A DNA stretch of 64,000 bases. Origin: an uncultured bacterium (GTDB taxonomy: Bacteria; Chlamydiota; Chlamydiia; Chlamydiales; 2-12-FULL-49-11). Each line of letters starts with the position of its first letter. The stretch's first letter is position 1. The notes under the pieces were generated by a model. The model was not told the DNA's origin. It searched no databases and saw only the letters and a program-made list of their open reading frames with translations. The translations under genes were made by a program, and so were the position numbers. The DNA is taken from contig CAYZDL010000001.1 in the NCBI GenBank assembly GCA_964477345.1, positions 63,924-127,923 of the forward strand. Reading direction: 5' to 3'. Of the stretch, positions 27,274 through 37,502 are shown in pieces.

Positions 27274-28377
27274 ATGCACCCCACATGGATTGAAATCGAC
27301 CTAGGGCAGTTTCGTAGGAATATCTCCTTAATGAAGAGCTACCTCGGAAACTGTATGTTCTGTCTTCCTATTAAGGCCAATGCCTACGGCCATGGACTTT
27401 GTCAGATAGGAAAAGCCGCCGAAGAAGCGGGAGTTGACTATTTGGGGGTGGCCCACCTAGAAGAAGGAAAAGAGCTAAGAAAGGCTGGGGTTCGACTTCC
27501 GATTCTTGTTCTGGGTGCTCTTCATGAGAATCAAATCCCCGATCTGATTGAGTATGGATTAGAATTCACCATTAGCTCCCGATTTAAAGCCGACCTTGTA
27601 GCAACGGTTTGCAGCTCTATTAAGAAAAATTGCCGCATTCATCTTGAAGTCGACACTGGAATGCAAAGAACCGGCGTACGCCCACAAACTGCAATCGATT
27701 TATTTCAACATTTAAAGAATCTAAATTGCTTTGAAATCGTAGGCATTTATTCCCATCTTGCTACAGCAGACCAAAAGGGTGATATCAATACTGAAGAACA
27801 AATAAGAAAATTTAATCATCTAGTGGAAGAACTCCCCTCTTCTACTCCCCTCATTCGTCATATTTCTAATTCTCATGGAGCCATCTTCTTCCCTCACTCT
27901 CATCTTGATATGGTAAGGCCAGCTCTTGCTACATTTGGTTACATCCCTAAAGAGGCCCCCGAAGCGTTACACCAAATCCAGCCTTGTTTTGTCCTAAAAT
28001 CAAAAGTCTCCTACTTTAAGGTAGTCGAAAAGGGTCTGGGAATTAGCTACGGCCACACTTACACAACCCCCCAAGAAACTCGCATAGTCACTGTCCCGAT
28101 TGGATATGGCGATGGATACCGGAGATCTCTATCGAATAAAGGGTTCGTATTGATTCGAGGTAAACGTTTTCCTATCGTGGGAACTATTTGTATGGACCAG
28201 CTCATGGTAGATATAGGCCAGAATGAAGTCTATGTGGGAGATGAGGTTGTTTTAATCGGAAAACAAGGAAAAGAAGAGATCTCCCTCATAGAAATCAGCC
28301 AACTTGTAGAGACAATTCCTTACGAAATCCTCTGCAACTTTAACACTCGGATCCCTCGGTTCTACTTGGATCATTAA
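27274..28377 (+). CDS. alr: alanine racemase
   Basis: PLP-lysine motif 'LPIKANAYGHG', together with 'VDTGMQRTG', 'GYGDGY' and 'ICMDQLMVD'. Confidence 0.9.
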   Translation: MHPTWIEIDLGQFRRNISLMKSYLGNCMFCLPIKANAYGHGLCQIGKAAEEAGVDYLGVAHLEEGKELRKAGVRLPILVLGALHENQIPDLIEYGLEFTISSRFKADLVATVCSSIKKNCRIHLEVDTGMQRTGVRPQTAIDLFQHLKNLNCFEIVGIYSHLATADQKGDINTEEQIRKFNHLVEELPSSTPLIRHISNSHGAIFFPHSHLDMVRPALATFGYIPKEAPEALHQIQPCFVLKSKVSYFKVVEKGLGISYGHTYTTPQETRIVTVPIGYGDGYRRSLSNKGFVLIRGKRFPIVGTICMDQLMVDIGQNEVYVGDEVVLIGKQGKEEISLIEISQLVETIPYEILCNFNTRIPRFYLDH

Positions 28378-28396
28378 TAGTTAAGAAAAGAAAAAC

Positions 28397-28846
28397 TTGC
28401 CATCTCTCCCTTCTCATCATTGGCATGCCGCTCCCATCCCTAAGGGAAAGCTTGACCCCAAGATCTTAAATGAGTTTATGCCTCAAATTATCGAAGTATC
28501 GAAAGAGTTTAGACATCAAGATGATGGTCGTACGCGAAGAGATACTAGAGAGTATGGGTTCAGCTTCTTTAAGATGCTAGAAGGCGGTGACTCTTATGAT
28601 CCTCCTCCTCTATTTCTTCAGGAACTAGGTCGGGATATTTGTAGAGTCTTGGGACATGAACCACCCTCTGAATTTAACAACATCATCCTTTCTTACTATG
28701 AAAAGGGATTCTACTTAGAACCACATGTTGACTCGGATCTTTATTTTAGTGAAAGGGTTTATGGAATCATCATTATAAATAGGAGTCAAGTCGCTTCATC
28801 CAGCCGGGAAAGCGCGTCTGTTCAATCCTCTGTTGAGGTGAGTTAG
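28397..28846 (+). pseudogene. truncated 2OG-Fe(II) oxygenase (AlkB-like) remnant
   Basis: 'FNNIILSYYEKGFYLEPHVDSD' resembles the AlkB HxD region. The frame then runs into the 3' end of the convergent GH3 gene, so the second His and the Arg of the fold are absent. TTG start. Confidence 0.35.
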
Positions 28847-31061
28847 CAATTCTTCTCGTGAGAACAAATTTGGCTGCTTCTGCAAAGGCTTTTTGTGGGT
28901 AGGTGATAGCTTCAGCGGTATCCATTTCTTCAAGAACCTGCATCAAGCCCCATCCTTCTCCTTGATATCTCTCTTTCAGATCGGTCCCTTCATGTTTGAA
29001 ATTCAAGTAATCAATCAAAATATAGAGCCCATTTGAAGAATTTCCAATCTCAAAGAAATTATTCAAGATCGTTTGTCTTCGGTCGAGGTCAGCCTTACGT
29101 ACAATCTCTGAAAATGCATCATTGAGTCTTTGAACCATGTATCTTGCTTGAGTTGCAACGGAATCAATCAAGAACTGTCTCAATTCATTCATCTTGGGAC
29201 TATTGAACTCACGATAAAAATCTTCCCTTGTTGCCCAGGGACAATCGATCTGGCCGATCAACCAAGATGGAACTTTGATCCCTCGAGCCTTAGCAAATAG
29301 AATAAATTTGTGAAATCTCTCTTCAAAAGGGCCTAGGTAATTTGCGGGAGGCCAAATAAAATGGCCTATTCCTATCGAGGGAAAAGGTTCTTTTATATGC
29401 CAAAAAGTCAGTTGGTCCTCTCGATGGTTACACTCATTTTGCCAAATTTTATCACCAATCTTTTGAGCCTCCATATCTGAAATTTCAAAGGGAATGGTCT
29501 CTTTCCGTAACCATTCGGAAGCTACATTTAATGAACAAGTGGTAGAACTGAATGTGGCGATCTTAACTAAAGCATTGCTCACGAGATCAAGGTCGCAAGG
29601 ATCGCGAAGAGCAATACAAATCGTGGGTTTAACCGCGCTCAGCTGCTTCAGAAGCTTTTCTTGATTTGGATCTTTCCATGCGTTGTAGGAGCAAAAGACC
29701 ACTGTGTCGGCACGCTCTAAGGGTTGAGTGCAATCCTCATTAGGAAAAAAGCAAAAAACAGTCGACTTTCCCAGGGTACTTAGTTTTGATTTTTTTACCT
29801 TCTCTTCGATTTTTTTAGGAGCGGCCACCAATAGCCGTTGAGAAGATAAATCTCCTTCAAGCTTCCACTCTTTGATCATGAGGGCCCGATAGGCAATTTC
29901 TCTAGCTAGTGAATCACTTGACTCGCTCGTACCCAAACTTTGTAAATCATATTTCTCTTTTACATGTAGGATTCGTTTCACTGATTCATCAATTCTCTCT
30001 TCGGGGATGAGGCCTGCTTTAACTGCTTGGACGACCGCACGAACAATCCGAATCACCTCATCAACGTGAGTCTCTCCTTCAATCTGATTCTGTAAGTCAC
30101 GTCCTCCAATCAATAAGAGATCGTTCCCCGCTTTGATTGCCTTGAAGACTACCTGTTCAAGGTTGTTATTCCCCTTTAAAGCCCCCTCCATTGTCAAGCT
30201 ATCTGTCACCAACAACCCCTGGAACTTTAATTTGTCTCTAAGCAAATTATGCAAAATTGAGTAAGAGAGGGTCGCGCAATGATTTGGATCAATCTGAGGA
30301 AACAAAATATGCGCTGTCATGATGGCAGGGGCCTCAGAGCTAAGCTTTGCAAAAGGGTAGAGTTCACATTCCAATAGCTGAGGAAGTGATTTAGCCACAG
30401 TCGGCAGTTCCTTATGAGAATCGATCGTTACATCTCCATGTCCAGGGAAATGTTTTAAACAAGCAATGACTTCGGCTTGTTGAAACCCCTCCAAACTCTT
30501 TCTTCCCCACTGAGTCACCAGATCACGATCATCACCAAAAGATCTGATTCCAATGACTGGATTCTTAGAATTGTTATTGATATCGACCACAGGAGCCAAA
30601 TTAAAATTGACCCCGACGCTTTTCATTTCATTCCCCAAAGCAAATGCCGCCCTAAATGCTAAGTTCGAGTTTTTACAGCGACCTAAAGCAGCATTTCCCG
30701 GAAATTCGGTAAAGCCCTCTTCCAATCTAGCCACTAAACCCCCTTCTTGATCAGTCGCTATGAATAATGGAATTCGAGATTGCTTTTGTAGATTTGCACA
30801 TAAACTCCGCACCTGGTCACGACCATTCAAACCGTTTGCCCAATTGTAGAGAATGATTCCTCCCACCTTAGCCTCTCCCAAAAGACGGGCAGAATTGTCA
30901 TTGGCCTCTTCACCATCGAAATAGACCATGAACATCTGCCCCACTTTTTCCTCTAAAGTGAGCGAGAATAAGTGGAAGGGAACCAGTAAAACCAGGTTAA
31001 CCCAAATATTTCTGAATCGGCTCAATAAACACCCCACACTGGCTAAGCAAATCGAAAACAA
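28773..31061 (-). CDS. nagZ: GH3 beta-N-acetylhexosaminidase (NagZ-like) fused to an uncharacterised ~270-aa C-terminal domain
   Basis: 'EKVGQMFMV', 'DQEGGLVARL', 'KHFPGHGD' and 'LLVTDSLTMEG' are GH3 motifs. The C-terminal region has 'FPSIGIGHFIWPP'. The start is uncertain (TTG at 31061 overlaps the tyrP end). Confidence 0.75.
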   Translation of the reverse strand: MFSICLASVGCLLSRFRNIWVNLVLLVPFHLFSLTLEEKVGQMFMVYFDGEEANDNSARLLGEAKVGGIILYNWANGLNGRDQVRSLCANLQKQSRIPLFIATDQEGGLVARLEEGFTEFPGNAALGRCKNSNLAFRAAFALGNEMKSVGVNFNLAPVVDINNNSKNPVIGIRSFGDDRDLVTQWGRKSLEGFQQAEVIACLKHFPGHGDVTIDSHKELPTVAKSLPQLLECELYPFAKLSSEAPAIMTAHILFPQIDPNHCATLSYSILHNLLRDKLKFQGLLVTDSLTMEGALKGNNNLEQVVFKAIKAGNDLLLIGGRDLQNQIEGETHVDEVIRIVRAVVQAVKAGLIPEERIDESVKRILHVKEKYDLQSLGTSESSDSLAREIAYRALMIKEWKLEGDLSSQRLLVAAPKKIEEKVKKSKLSTLGKSTVFCFFPNEDCTQPLERADTVVFCSYNAWKDPNQEKLLKQLSAVKPTICIALRDPCDLDLVSNALVKIATFSSTTCSLNVASEWLRKETIPFEISDMEAQKIGDKIWQNECNHREDQLTFWHIKEPFPSIGIGHFIWPPANYLGPFEERFHKFILFAKARGIKVPSWLIGQIDCPWATREDFYREFNSPKMNELRQFLIDSVATQARYMVQRLNDAFSEIVRKADLDRRQTILNNFFEIGNSSNGLYILIDYLNFKHEGTDLKERYQGEGWGLMQVLEEMDTAEAITYPQKAFAEAAKFVLTRRIANSPQQRIEQTRFPGWMKRLDSYL

Positions 31062-32217
31062 TTGTAACGAGAAAGAAGAGTGAGGCTCCTAAGAGGAGAT
31101 ATTTTCCAACACCTCCCTTCCAATAGGAGGTTTCAGGAAGCTTCCACGCCATAAAGATCGGGAAAAGACCGAAGATAATTGCAACGAGGGCTCCTGCATA
31201 GCTAAGCGCACTTAAGAAAACCGTCGGCGCAACAAAGACAAACACAAGAGGAGGAGCAAACGTCAAAAGTTGCGAGATCCATTTTCTCGAAGGATGATCC
31301 GATACCTTAAGACCATCGGTCAAAAATCCCATCAAACCTAGCGTAACCCCTAAGTAGGCAGTTCCCATTCCACAAAGGGCAAAAATCGTAGCCCCCATCG
31401 AAATAAGCGGCGAATGCAAAATCTGAATCAACGGAGTCGTTGCCACATCTCCAGCAGAGTAGGCGCTAGCAATACTTGCAGGTCCCGTCACTGGAACAAC
31501 TCCCAGGACAAGAAATTCCCAAAAAAGATAGACCAAAAATCCAATCAAATTCCCAAGGAGCAAAGAAAGGCGAATCTTAGAAACATCCCGATCCAAATAG
31601 TTAACGATCGAAGGGATTACCGTATGAAATCCAAACGCCTGGACGATCACCGGTAAGGTAAATGGAATGATGTAGAGGTCAACGTGCTTTAAAAGAGCCA
31701 TCTCCACATGCGAAGGGACAAGGAAAACAAGAACCCCATACCCCACCAAAAGCTTTCCTACAACCAAAATTCGATTGACCCAATCGGTTGCATGAATCCC
31801 CAGCGAAAGAACGATCGCAAGAGGGGCTGCAATCAAAAAAGGAAAAAGAGAATGAGGAATCTTAGGAAACAAGGCGCCCAAAATTTTCCCCCCAGCAGCA
31901 AGGAAGGCTACATCCAAGGCATAAAGAAGAAATAAAAAGGTAATCCAACTAAAAATACGCCCCGTAGAACCCAAAGTATTTTTTGCCATTGTCACGATAT
32001 TTCCCGGATGCTGGATATTCACATCAACCATGAGAAAGCCTGTAAATAACAGAGAGGCCCAGGTAATGGCCATCACAAATAATGAAGGGACAAACCCGGC
32101 AAATCCTGTTGCAATAGGCATTCCCAACATACCACTACCTATTGAAACCCCTGCTATAAGGAGGACCGCTCCCAAGAATTTTTTTGTAATATCTGTTTTA
32201 ACTAAGACTTTAGACAT
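30997..32217 (-). CDS. tyrP: aromatic amino acid permease (Mtr/TnaB/TyrP family)
   Basis: The internal ATG gives 'MSKVLVKTDITKKFLGAVLLIAGVSIGSGMLGMP', the family N-terminal signature. 11 TM segments. Confidence 0.75.
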   Translation of the reverse strand: MSKVLVKTDITKKFLGAVLLIAGVSIGSGMLGMPIATGFAGFVPSLFVMAITWASLLFTGFLMVDVNIQHPGNIVTMAKNTLGSTGRIFSWITFLFLLYALDVAFLAAGGKILGALFPKIPHSLFPFLIAAPLAIVLSLGIHATDWVNRILVVGKLLVGYGVLVFLVPSHVEMALLKHVDLYIIPFTLPVIVQAFGFHTVIPSIVNYLDRDVSKIRLSLLLGNLIGFLVYLFWEFLVLGVVPVTGPASIASAYSAGDVATTPLIQILHSPLISMGATIFALCGMGTAYLGVTLGLMGFLTDGLKVSDHPSRKWISQLLTFAPPLVFVFVAPTVFLSALSYAGALVAIIFGLFPIFMAWKLPETSYWKGGVGKYLLLGASLFFLVTIVFDLLSQCGVFIEPIQKYLG

Positions 32218-32498
32218 TCTACCTTTCCTATGTGTTGTACTATGATATCTATGGAATCGAATAGTTGACAAGAAGTTCGTAACGAGTAGCGATCGTGCAA
32301 GACAGGTAGTTCAGTACAACCCAAAACCACACCATCGATCCCTTCATGGCTTAAAATATTTTCTACTATTTTATCAAGCGACTCACTATCTTCTTTTAGG
32401 GAAACCCCTCCGAATGATTCGCAATCATAGAGATAAGCACTCAGACAAGGCCCCGCTCCTCCTATAATTCGTAACTGTCCACGGCTCATGAGTCCCAC
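32202..32498 (-). pseudogene. internally deleted aspartate/glutamate racemase remnant
   Basis: It retains the N-terminal 'LRIIGGAGP' and C-terminal 'VVLGCTELPVL...FDSIDII' motifs. It is only 98 aa, against about 230 aa expected. Confidence 0.5.
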
Positions 32499-32546
32499 AA
32501 AATTACCGCTAAGGCCGCTTTTGGCGACCGATCGATCAATTTTTAT

Positions 32547-33410
32547 TCAAAACCGGCGTGTCCGTTTATGGCAGTAGGGGGTTTTACCAACCTTCTGGTA
32601 GTAGTCTTGATGGTATGCGTCGGCAGGATAGAAAAGATGGGCAGGGATCACCCTTGTGGCCACATCAAGCCCCTTGTTTTTGAGAATTTCAATTAAGGAA
32701 AGGGCCACATTTTTTTGTTTTTGGCTTAAGTAGAAGATGGCTGATCCATATTGCTCGCCAACATCCGGACCTTGCCGATCGTATTCGGTTGGATCATGAA
32801 CCTCAAAAAAAAGACGTGCCAATTTTTCAAAATTGACCTTTTTGGGATCGAAGACCACTAATGTTGTTTCGAGCTGCCCTGTGTTCCCCTCGCAAACCTC
32901 TTCGTAAGTCGGATCTACCACAGTTCCTCCCATAAATCCGACACTGGTTTCAATCACTCCTGGTTCTTTTTTTAAGAAATATTCGACTCCCCAGAAACAT
33001 CCGCCAGCGAAAAAAGCGTTTTCATACCCCTCTTCAGTCAGTTGAGAAACAAATCGCAGGGATAACGAATTGACACAATGCCGTACATTTTTAGGTGTGA
33101 ATCGTTCTCCTGAAAAAACATGGCCAAGATGCCCGTTGCAAGCAGCACAACGAATCTCTACGCGACTTCCATCAGGGTCAAGTAATCGAAGGACACTTCC
33201 TTCAATCTCCTCATCAAAACTAGGCCAGCCGCACCCTGAAGAAAATTTATTCTCCGCGCAATAAAGAGGCGCATCGCATCTTCTACAAAGATAGATCCCC
33301 TCTTGATGAAATCGATCATAAGTACCACTCCCAGGCTTTTCGGTATGACACTGAGAAATGATCGCCTCTTCTTGAGATGTAAGGGAATGGTAACGGACTT
33401 TTTTCTTCAT
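32547..33410 (-). CDS. bifunctional methionine sulfoxide reductase MsrB-MsrA
   Basis: The N-terminal half has the MsrB Zn CxxC pairs plus 'GWPSF' and 'RHCVNS'. The C-terminal half has MsrA 'GGCFWGVE'. Confidence 0.9.
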   Translation of the reverse strand: MKKKVRYHSLTSQEEAIISQCHTEKPGSGTYDRFHQEGIYLCRRCDAPLYCAENKFSSGCGWPSFDEEIEGSVLRLLDPDGSRVEIRCAACNGHLGHVFSGERFTPKNVRHCVNSLSLRFVSQLTEEGYENAFFAGGCFWGVEYFLKKEPGVIETSVGFMGGTVVDPTYEEVCEGNTGQLETTLVVFDPKKVNFEKLARLFFEVHDPTEYDRQGPDVGEQYGSAIFYLSQKQKNVALSLIEILKNKGLDVATRVIPAHLFYPADAYHQDYYQKVGKTPYCHKRTRRF

Positions 33411-33435
33411 AGGTCCAAGATCTTACACAAGTTAA

Positions 33436-33564
33436 TTATTGACAATGTTTTTTCCCAAAAGTCCCATCTCTTGCATCGCCAAGTCCCGGAATGATATAAC
33501 CGTGTTGATTCAATGATGGATCGACCGCAATCTCTTTCGTGGCTAACCCCTCCAAGAGCTCTTT
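33436..33564 (-). pseudogene. upp: uracil phosphoribosyltransferase C-terminal remnant
   Basis: A 42-codon frame '[38 protein letters not shown]' corresponds to the UPRT C-terminus (GYIVPGLGDAGDRxFGT). It is bounded upstream by an in-frame TGA and nothing matching the N-terminal part of UPRT is present. Confidence 0.65.
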
Positions 33565-33672
33565 TCACATTCACCCTTCGTTATTTTTAAGTTGTACGTC
33601 CTACGAAATTTAAACAAAAAAGTTCAATCTCAAATTTGCCAAAATAATAATGATCCGCTATATTGAGCAAAT

Positions 33673-34923
33673 ATGAAAAATCATTCCATTGATCAAGAAG
33701 ACCTACTTCAACGTTTTCTTCGCTATGTGAGGATTGATACCCAAAGCGACCCACATTCCGAGAGTTTTCCTAGCACCAAAAAGCAGTGGGATCTAATCAA
33801 ACGCCTCGCAAACGAACTGAAAGAGCTAGGAATCGAGGACGCCCATGTGACTGAGTTTGGATACGTTCTTGGAACTGTCCCCACGACATCGAAAAAACAA
33901 ATTCCTAAAATTGCCTTTTTAGCCCACGTAGACACTTCTGATGCATGCCCCGGTGGTGCAAAACCGGTCGTACATCGAAATTATGATGGAGGACCCATCA
34001 TTCTACCTGATGACCCAAATCATGTTTTAACAATTGAAGAGATTCCTATCCTCTCAAAGAAAATTGGAGAGGATATCATTACCGCCTCAGGGACGACTCT
34101 CCTAGGTGCCGATGATAAAGCAGGGGTTGCTATCATCATGAGCTTAGTAAAGCATCTCATGACCCATCCCGAGATTCCTCATGGCCCTATTCGAATTTGT
34201 TTTAATCCCGACGAAGAAATTGGCCGTGGCATGCACAAAATTGAACTTTCGGAACTAGACGCCATAACCGCCTACACACTCGATTCAGAAGAAGTAGGTG
34301 AAATCAATGCTGAAACCTTTAGCGCTGACATGGCTACTCTTGAAATCGAAGGGGTTGCCTCACATCCTGGCTCTGCAAAAGGGGTGATGGTCAACGCTCT
34401 TCGTTTGGCATCCGAATTCATCGCAAAACTTCCTAAAGAGATCTCCCCAGAAGAGACTTCCGACCGAGAGGGATTCATTCATCCTCTTGAATTAACAGGC
34501 ACCGCTGAAAAGGCAGTAATCCGGATGATCTTACGTGATTTTGAACTTGAAGGATTGGAAGAGAAAAAAGCCTTCCTAAAAAACTTAGTCCATCAGTTGA
34601 AGAAGCAGGAGCCGAAAGCAAGGTTTAATCTCGCCTTAAAGGAGCAGTATAGAAATATGCGCTACTGGCTCGATAAAGATCCTCGCCCGGTAGAAGCTGC
34701 ACAAGAAGCGATGATAAGAGCCGGTTTAGTTCCGTTTCTCGCACCTATTCGAGGCGGGACAGATGGATCTCATCTGACCCAAAGAGGCCTCCCGACCCCC
34801 AATCTCTTCACAGGGTTTCGAAACATCCACAGCAAAAAAGAATGGGTGAGCCTCCAAGATATGGGCCGTGCTGTCAACACTCTAGTCCAACTTGTCCAAG
34901 TGTGGGAAGAAAGGATCTATTGA
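33673..34923 (+). CDS. pepT: peptidase T (tripeptide aminopeptidase, M20B)
   Basis: 'RFLRYVRIDTQSD', 'LAHVDT', 'GADDKAGVA', 'PDEEIG' and 'RGGTDGS'. Confidence 0.9.
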   Translation: MKNHSIDQEDLLQRFLRYVRIDTQSDPHSESFPSTKKQWDLIKRLANELKELGIEDAHVTEFGYVLGTVPTTSKKQIPKIAFLAHVDTSDACPGGAKPVVHRNYDGGPIILPDDPNHVLTIEEIPILSKKIGEDIITASGTTLLGADDKAGVAIIMSLVKHLMTHPEIPHGPIRICFNPDEEIGRGMHKIELSELDAITAYTLDSEEVGEINAETFSADMATLEIEGVASHPGSAKGVMVNALRLASEFIAKLPKEISPEETSDREGFIHPLELTGTAEKAVIRMILRDFELEGLEEKKAFLKNLVHQLKKQEPKARFNLALKEQYRNMRYWLDKDPRPVEAAQEAMIRAGLVPFLAPIRGGTDGSHLTQRGLPTPNLFTGFRNIHSKKEWVSLQDMGRAVNTLVQLVQVWEERIY

Positions 34924-35852
34924 CTTCCGATTTTGAAAATCGAATCCGTAAGAATTATCAACACGTAAAAAAATGGGCCACTCGCACCCAAACTAACTGC
35001 TTTCGCATTTACGATCGGGACATTAAAGCTTACCCCTTAGCCATCGATTACTACGATGGACGCTTTTGTACCCACTACTTTACCCAAACGCGCGATGATG
35101 AAGAGCCAAGACAAGACCTCTACGATGAAACTGTCAATGCCCTCGCCTCAATCTTTAACGCCGATAAAAGTGCCATTTACTGGCGAACCCGCATCAAGAG
35201 AGAGAGAACAGAACAATATGAAAAAAACGAAGAATCAGGAGCTTCGTTTACCGTTCTGGAATATGGGGTCAAATTCAAGGTCAACTTGGTCGATTATCTC
35301 GATACAGGATTATTCCTTGATCATCGAGAAACACGTAGATTGGTCGCTGCTCAAGCAAAAGGTAAACGTCTACTAAATCTCTTTGCCTACACCTGCTCAT
35401 TCAGTGTCCATGCCGCCTTAGCCGGCGCTATCTTCACAAAAAGTGTCGACATGTCGAATACTTACACCGACTGGGGAAGAGAAAATTTCGTTCTTAATGA
35501 CCTATCTTTAAGAACCAACCCGATTATCCGCGAAGATTGTCTCAAGTTTTTGCAAGAAGAAAAAGGACCCAAATACGACTTGATCGTCATCGACCCTCCC
35601 ACCATCTCCCGTTCTAAAAAAATGGATCAAATATTCGATATCCAAACTGACTACATCTTCTTAATCAAAAAAGCACTCGGTCTCCTCTCAGAAGGGGGAA
35701 CCATCTTCTTTAGCACCAACTCACGCACCTTTGAGTTGGACCAAAAACAATTTGAAGGATGCACCATCCGCGATATCACTAAACAAACCATCCCGATCGA
35801 CTTCCACAATCAAAAAATCCACCGTTGTTGGAAAATCTATACTAAAAACTGA
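34920..35852 (+). CDS. class I SAM-dependent RNA methyltransferase (RlmI/RlmK C-terminal-like)
   Basis: 'VLNLFAYTCSFSVHAALAGA', 'SVDMSNTY..W' and 'DLIVIDPPT'. The probable TTG start overlaps the pepT stop. The upstream part of the listed ORF overlaps pepT. Confidence 0.7.
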   Translation: MTSDFENRIRKNYQHVKKWATRTQTNCFRIYDRDIKAYPLAIDYYDGRFCTHYFTQTRDDEEPRQDLYDETVNALASIFNADKSAIYWRTRIKRERTEQYEKNEESGASFTVLEYGVKFKVNLVDYLDTGLFLDHRETRRLVAAQAKGKRLLNLFAYTCSFSVHAALAGAIFTKSVDMSNTYTDWGRENFVLNDLSLRTNPIIREDCLKFLQEEKGPKYDLIVIDPPTISRSKKMDQIFDIQTDYIFLIKKALGLLSEGGTIFFSTNSRTFELDQKQFEGCTIRDITKQTIPIDFHNQKIHRCWKIYTKN

Positions 35853-36073
35853 AAAGAACCTTTCGGAGCTTGCAATTGTCGTTCAATCAGCTGGGGAAAT
35901 GCTTTCGATGGACAAAGTAAACATTAAGGAAAAATTCAAATTAAAGAGGTTGAACATTTCCCTTATTCTGAAACAGAAGCCCACGTAGTACTCTTTGAGC
36001 CCAAAGAAGTCTTAAATACAGGGAATACCGAATCGGAAAAAACAGTTAAAGATCTAAAGTGGATTTAAACCCC

Positions 36074-37462
36074 TTATTTGTAGACTTTGTTTTTCCCCTT
36101 TTGAAAGTAGAAAAGGGCAAAAACAGGAAGGATAGCACCTAAAAATCCTGCCCCAATCCAGAAGGCATAGTCAAGTTTTGAAACAATATGAAGACTGTCT
36201 GGTGGGAAAAAGCCTATGATGAGCGTCATTATGCAACCAACTAAACCTAAGCAGCAAGTGATCCACATCCCCACATCTCCAAAAGGAATCTTGTAGTAGG
36301 CACCTCTGTCCCTGTGCTTATGATGAAGCACGAGGGCACCGATGAAAAGTAGGATGTACATCAGCATATACAATCCCGTTGTGAGGGCGGTTAAAAACCA
36401 ATAAAAAGAATTGATGCTTGGAACGAGAAGGTAGAGGGTTGATAATAGAGAGACGATCACAGCTTGTGTAATCAAAATGTGAGACGGAGCACCGTGTCGA
36501 TTTTTCTTGATAAAAGCCTTGGGCAAAAAACCGTCATGAGATGCATGCAAAAGACCTGTTGTGGGGGAATTGATCCAATTAATCATATTTCCAAAGCTTC
36601 CCATGATCATCAAAAGGGCCATGAGAGGCACTAATCCAGGAATCCCAAATGCGGCAAACAAATTGGAAAAGACTTGCAATACCCCCGATACTAGGCTGAT
36701 CTCCTTAGTCGGCAACACCGCGGCAATCGCAAGTGTACCAAGGAGCATCGATCCTAAAATAAAAATCGCCGCAAGAAAGACCGCTTTAGGATAATTTTTT
36801 TGGGGACTGTCGATCTCAGTGACATGAACTGCACAAAGCTCCATCCCTAAAAATGAGGCCATGATCGAAATCAAAGAGACCCAAGTAGCACTTTTATCGA
36901 TTGAAGGAAGCAATTCAGAAGAGGAAAACCCAATCTGGATCGGATGGCCACTTGCCGCCCAATAGATCCCCATCCCAATCAAAACAACCATAGGAAACAT
37001 CGTCCCGAATAACCCACATAGATTGTTCACCTTTGTCGAAGCATGAACACCTAAGAGATTAATTCCGGTCAATATCCAAAACAACACAAGAATGACCGAT
37101 AAAATGTAGATCGGGGAAGCCGCTAATGAAGGGCTATACAAATAGGCAATACTTCCCGCAAGAAACGAAAGTATTGTAGGATACCAGAAAACAGTATTGG
37201 ACCATTGAAGCCAGACAGCCAAAAAGCCCATTTTTTTTCCCAGTGCTGCCTTTACCCAATGATAAACTCCTCCGGCATTGGGAAAAGTCGCTGTCAATTC
37301 AGCAGCCACAAGGGCCGTTGGAATCAAAAAAAATATAGCTGCTAACAGAAAGAAGAAAATGGAGGAACTTCCAAACAGTGCCGATGAAGGGAGGTTTCGA
37401 ATGTTGTCGATCGAACCAATAATCAAGAGAACGAGTGAAACAAAAGATATCTTTTTCTTCAT
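36074..37462 (-). CDS. APC-family amino acid permease/antiporter
   Basis: 12 TM segments. The N-terminal 'GSIDNIRNLPSSA' and 'ELTATFPNAGGVYHW' are typical of the APC (GadC/YjeM-like) family. Confidence 0.8.
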   Translation of the reverse strand: MKKKISFVSLVLLIIGSIDNIRNLPSSALFGSSSIFFFLLAAIFFLIPTALVAAELTATFPNAGGVYHWVKAALGKKMGFLAVWLQWSNTVFWYPTILSFLAGSIAYLYSPSLAASPIYILSVILVLFWILTGINLLGVHASTKVNNLCGLFGTMFPMVVLIGMGIYWAASGHPIQIGFSSSELLPSIDKSATWVSLISIMASFLGMELCAVHVTEIDSPQKNYPKAVFLAAIFILGSMLLGTLAIAAVLPTKEISLVSGVLQVFSNLFAAFGIPGLVPLMALLMIMGSFGNMINWINSPTTGLLHASHDGFLPKAFIKKNRHGAPSHILITQAVIVSLLSTLYLLVPSINSFYWFLTALTTGLYMLMYILLFIGALVLHHKHRDRGAYYKIPFGDVGMWITCCLGLVGCIMTLIIGFFPPDSLHIVSKLDYAFWIGAGFLGAILPVFALFYFQKGKNKVYK

Positions 37463-37502
37463 AAGGCGATATTCTAACCGTCCGATCCCATTTTTTCAAT
37501 CT

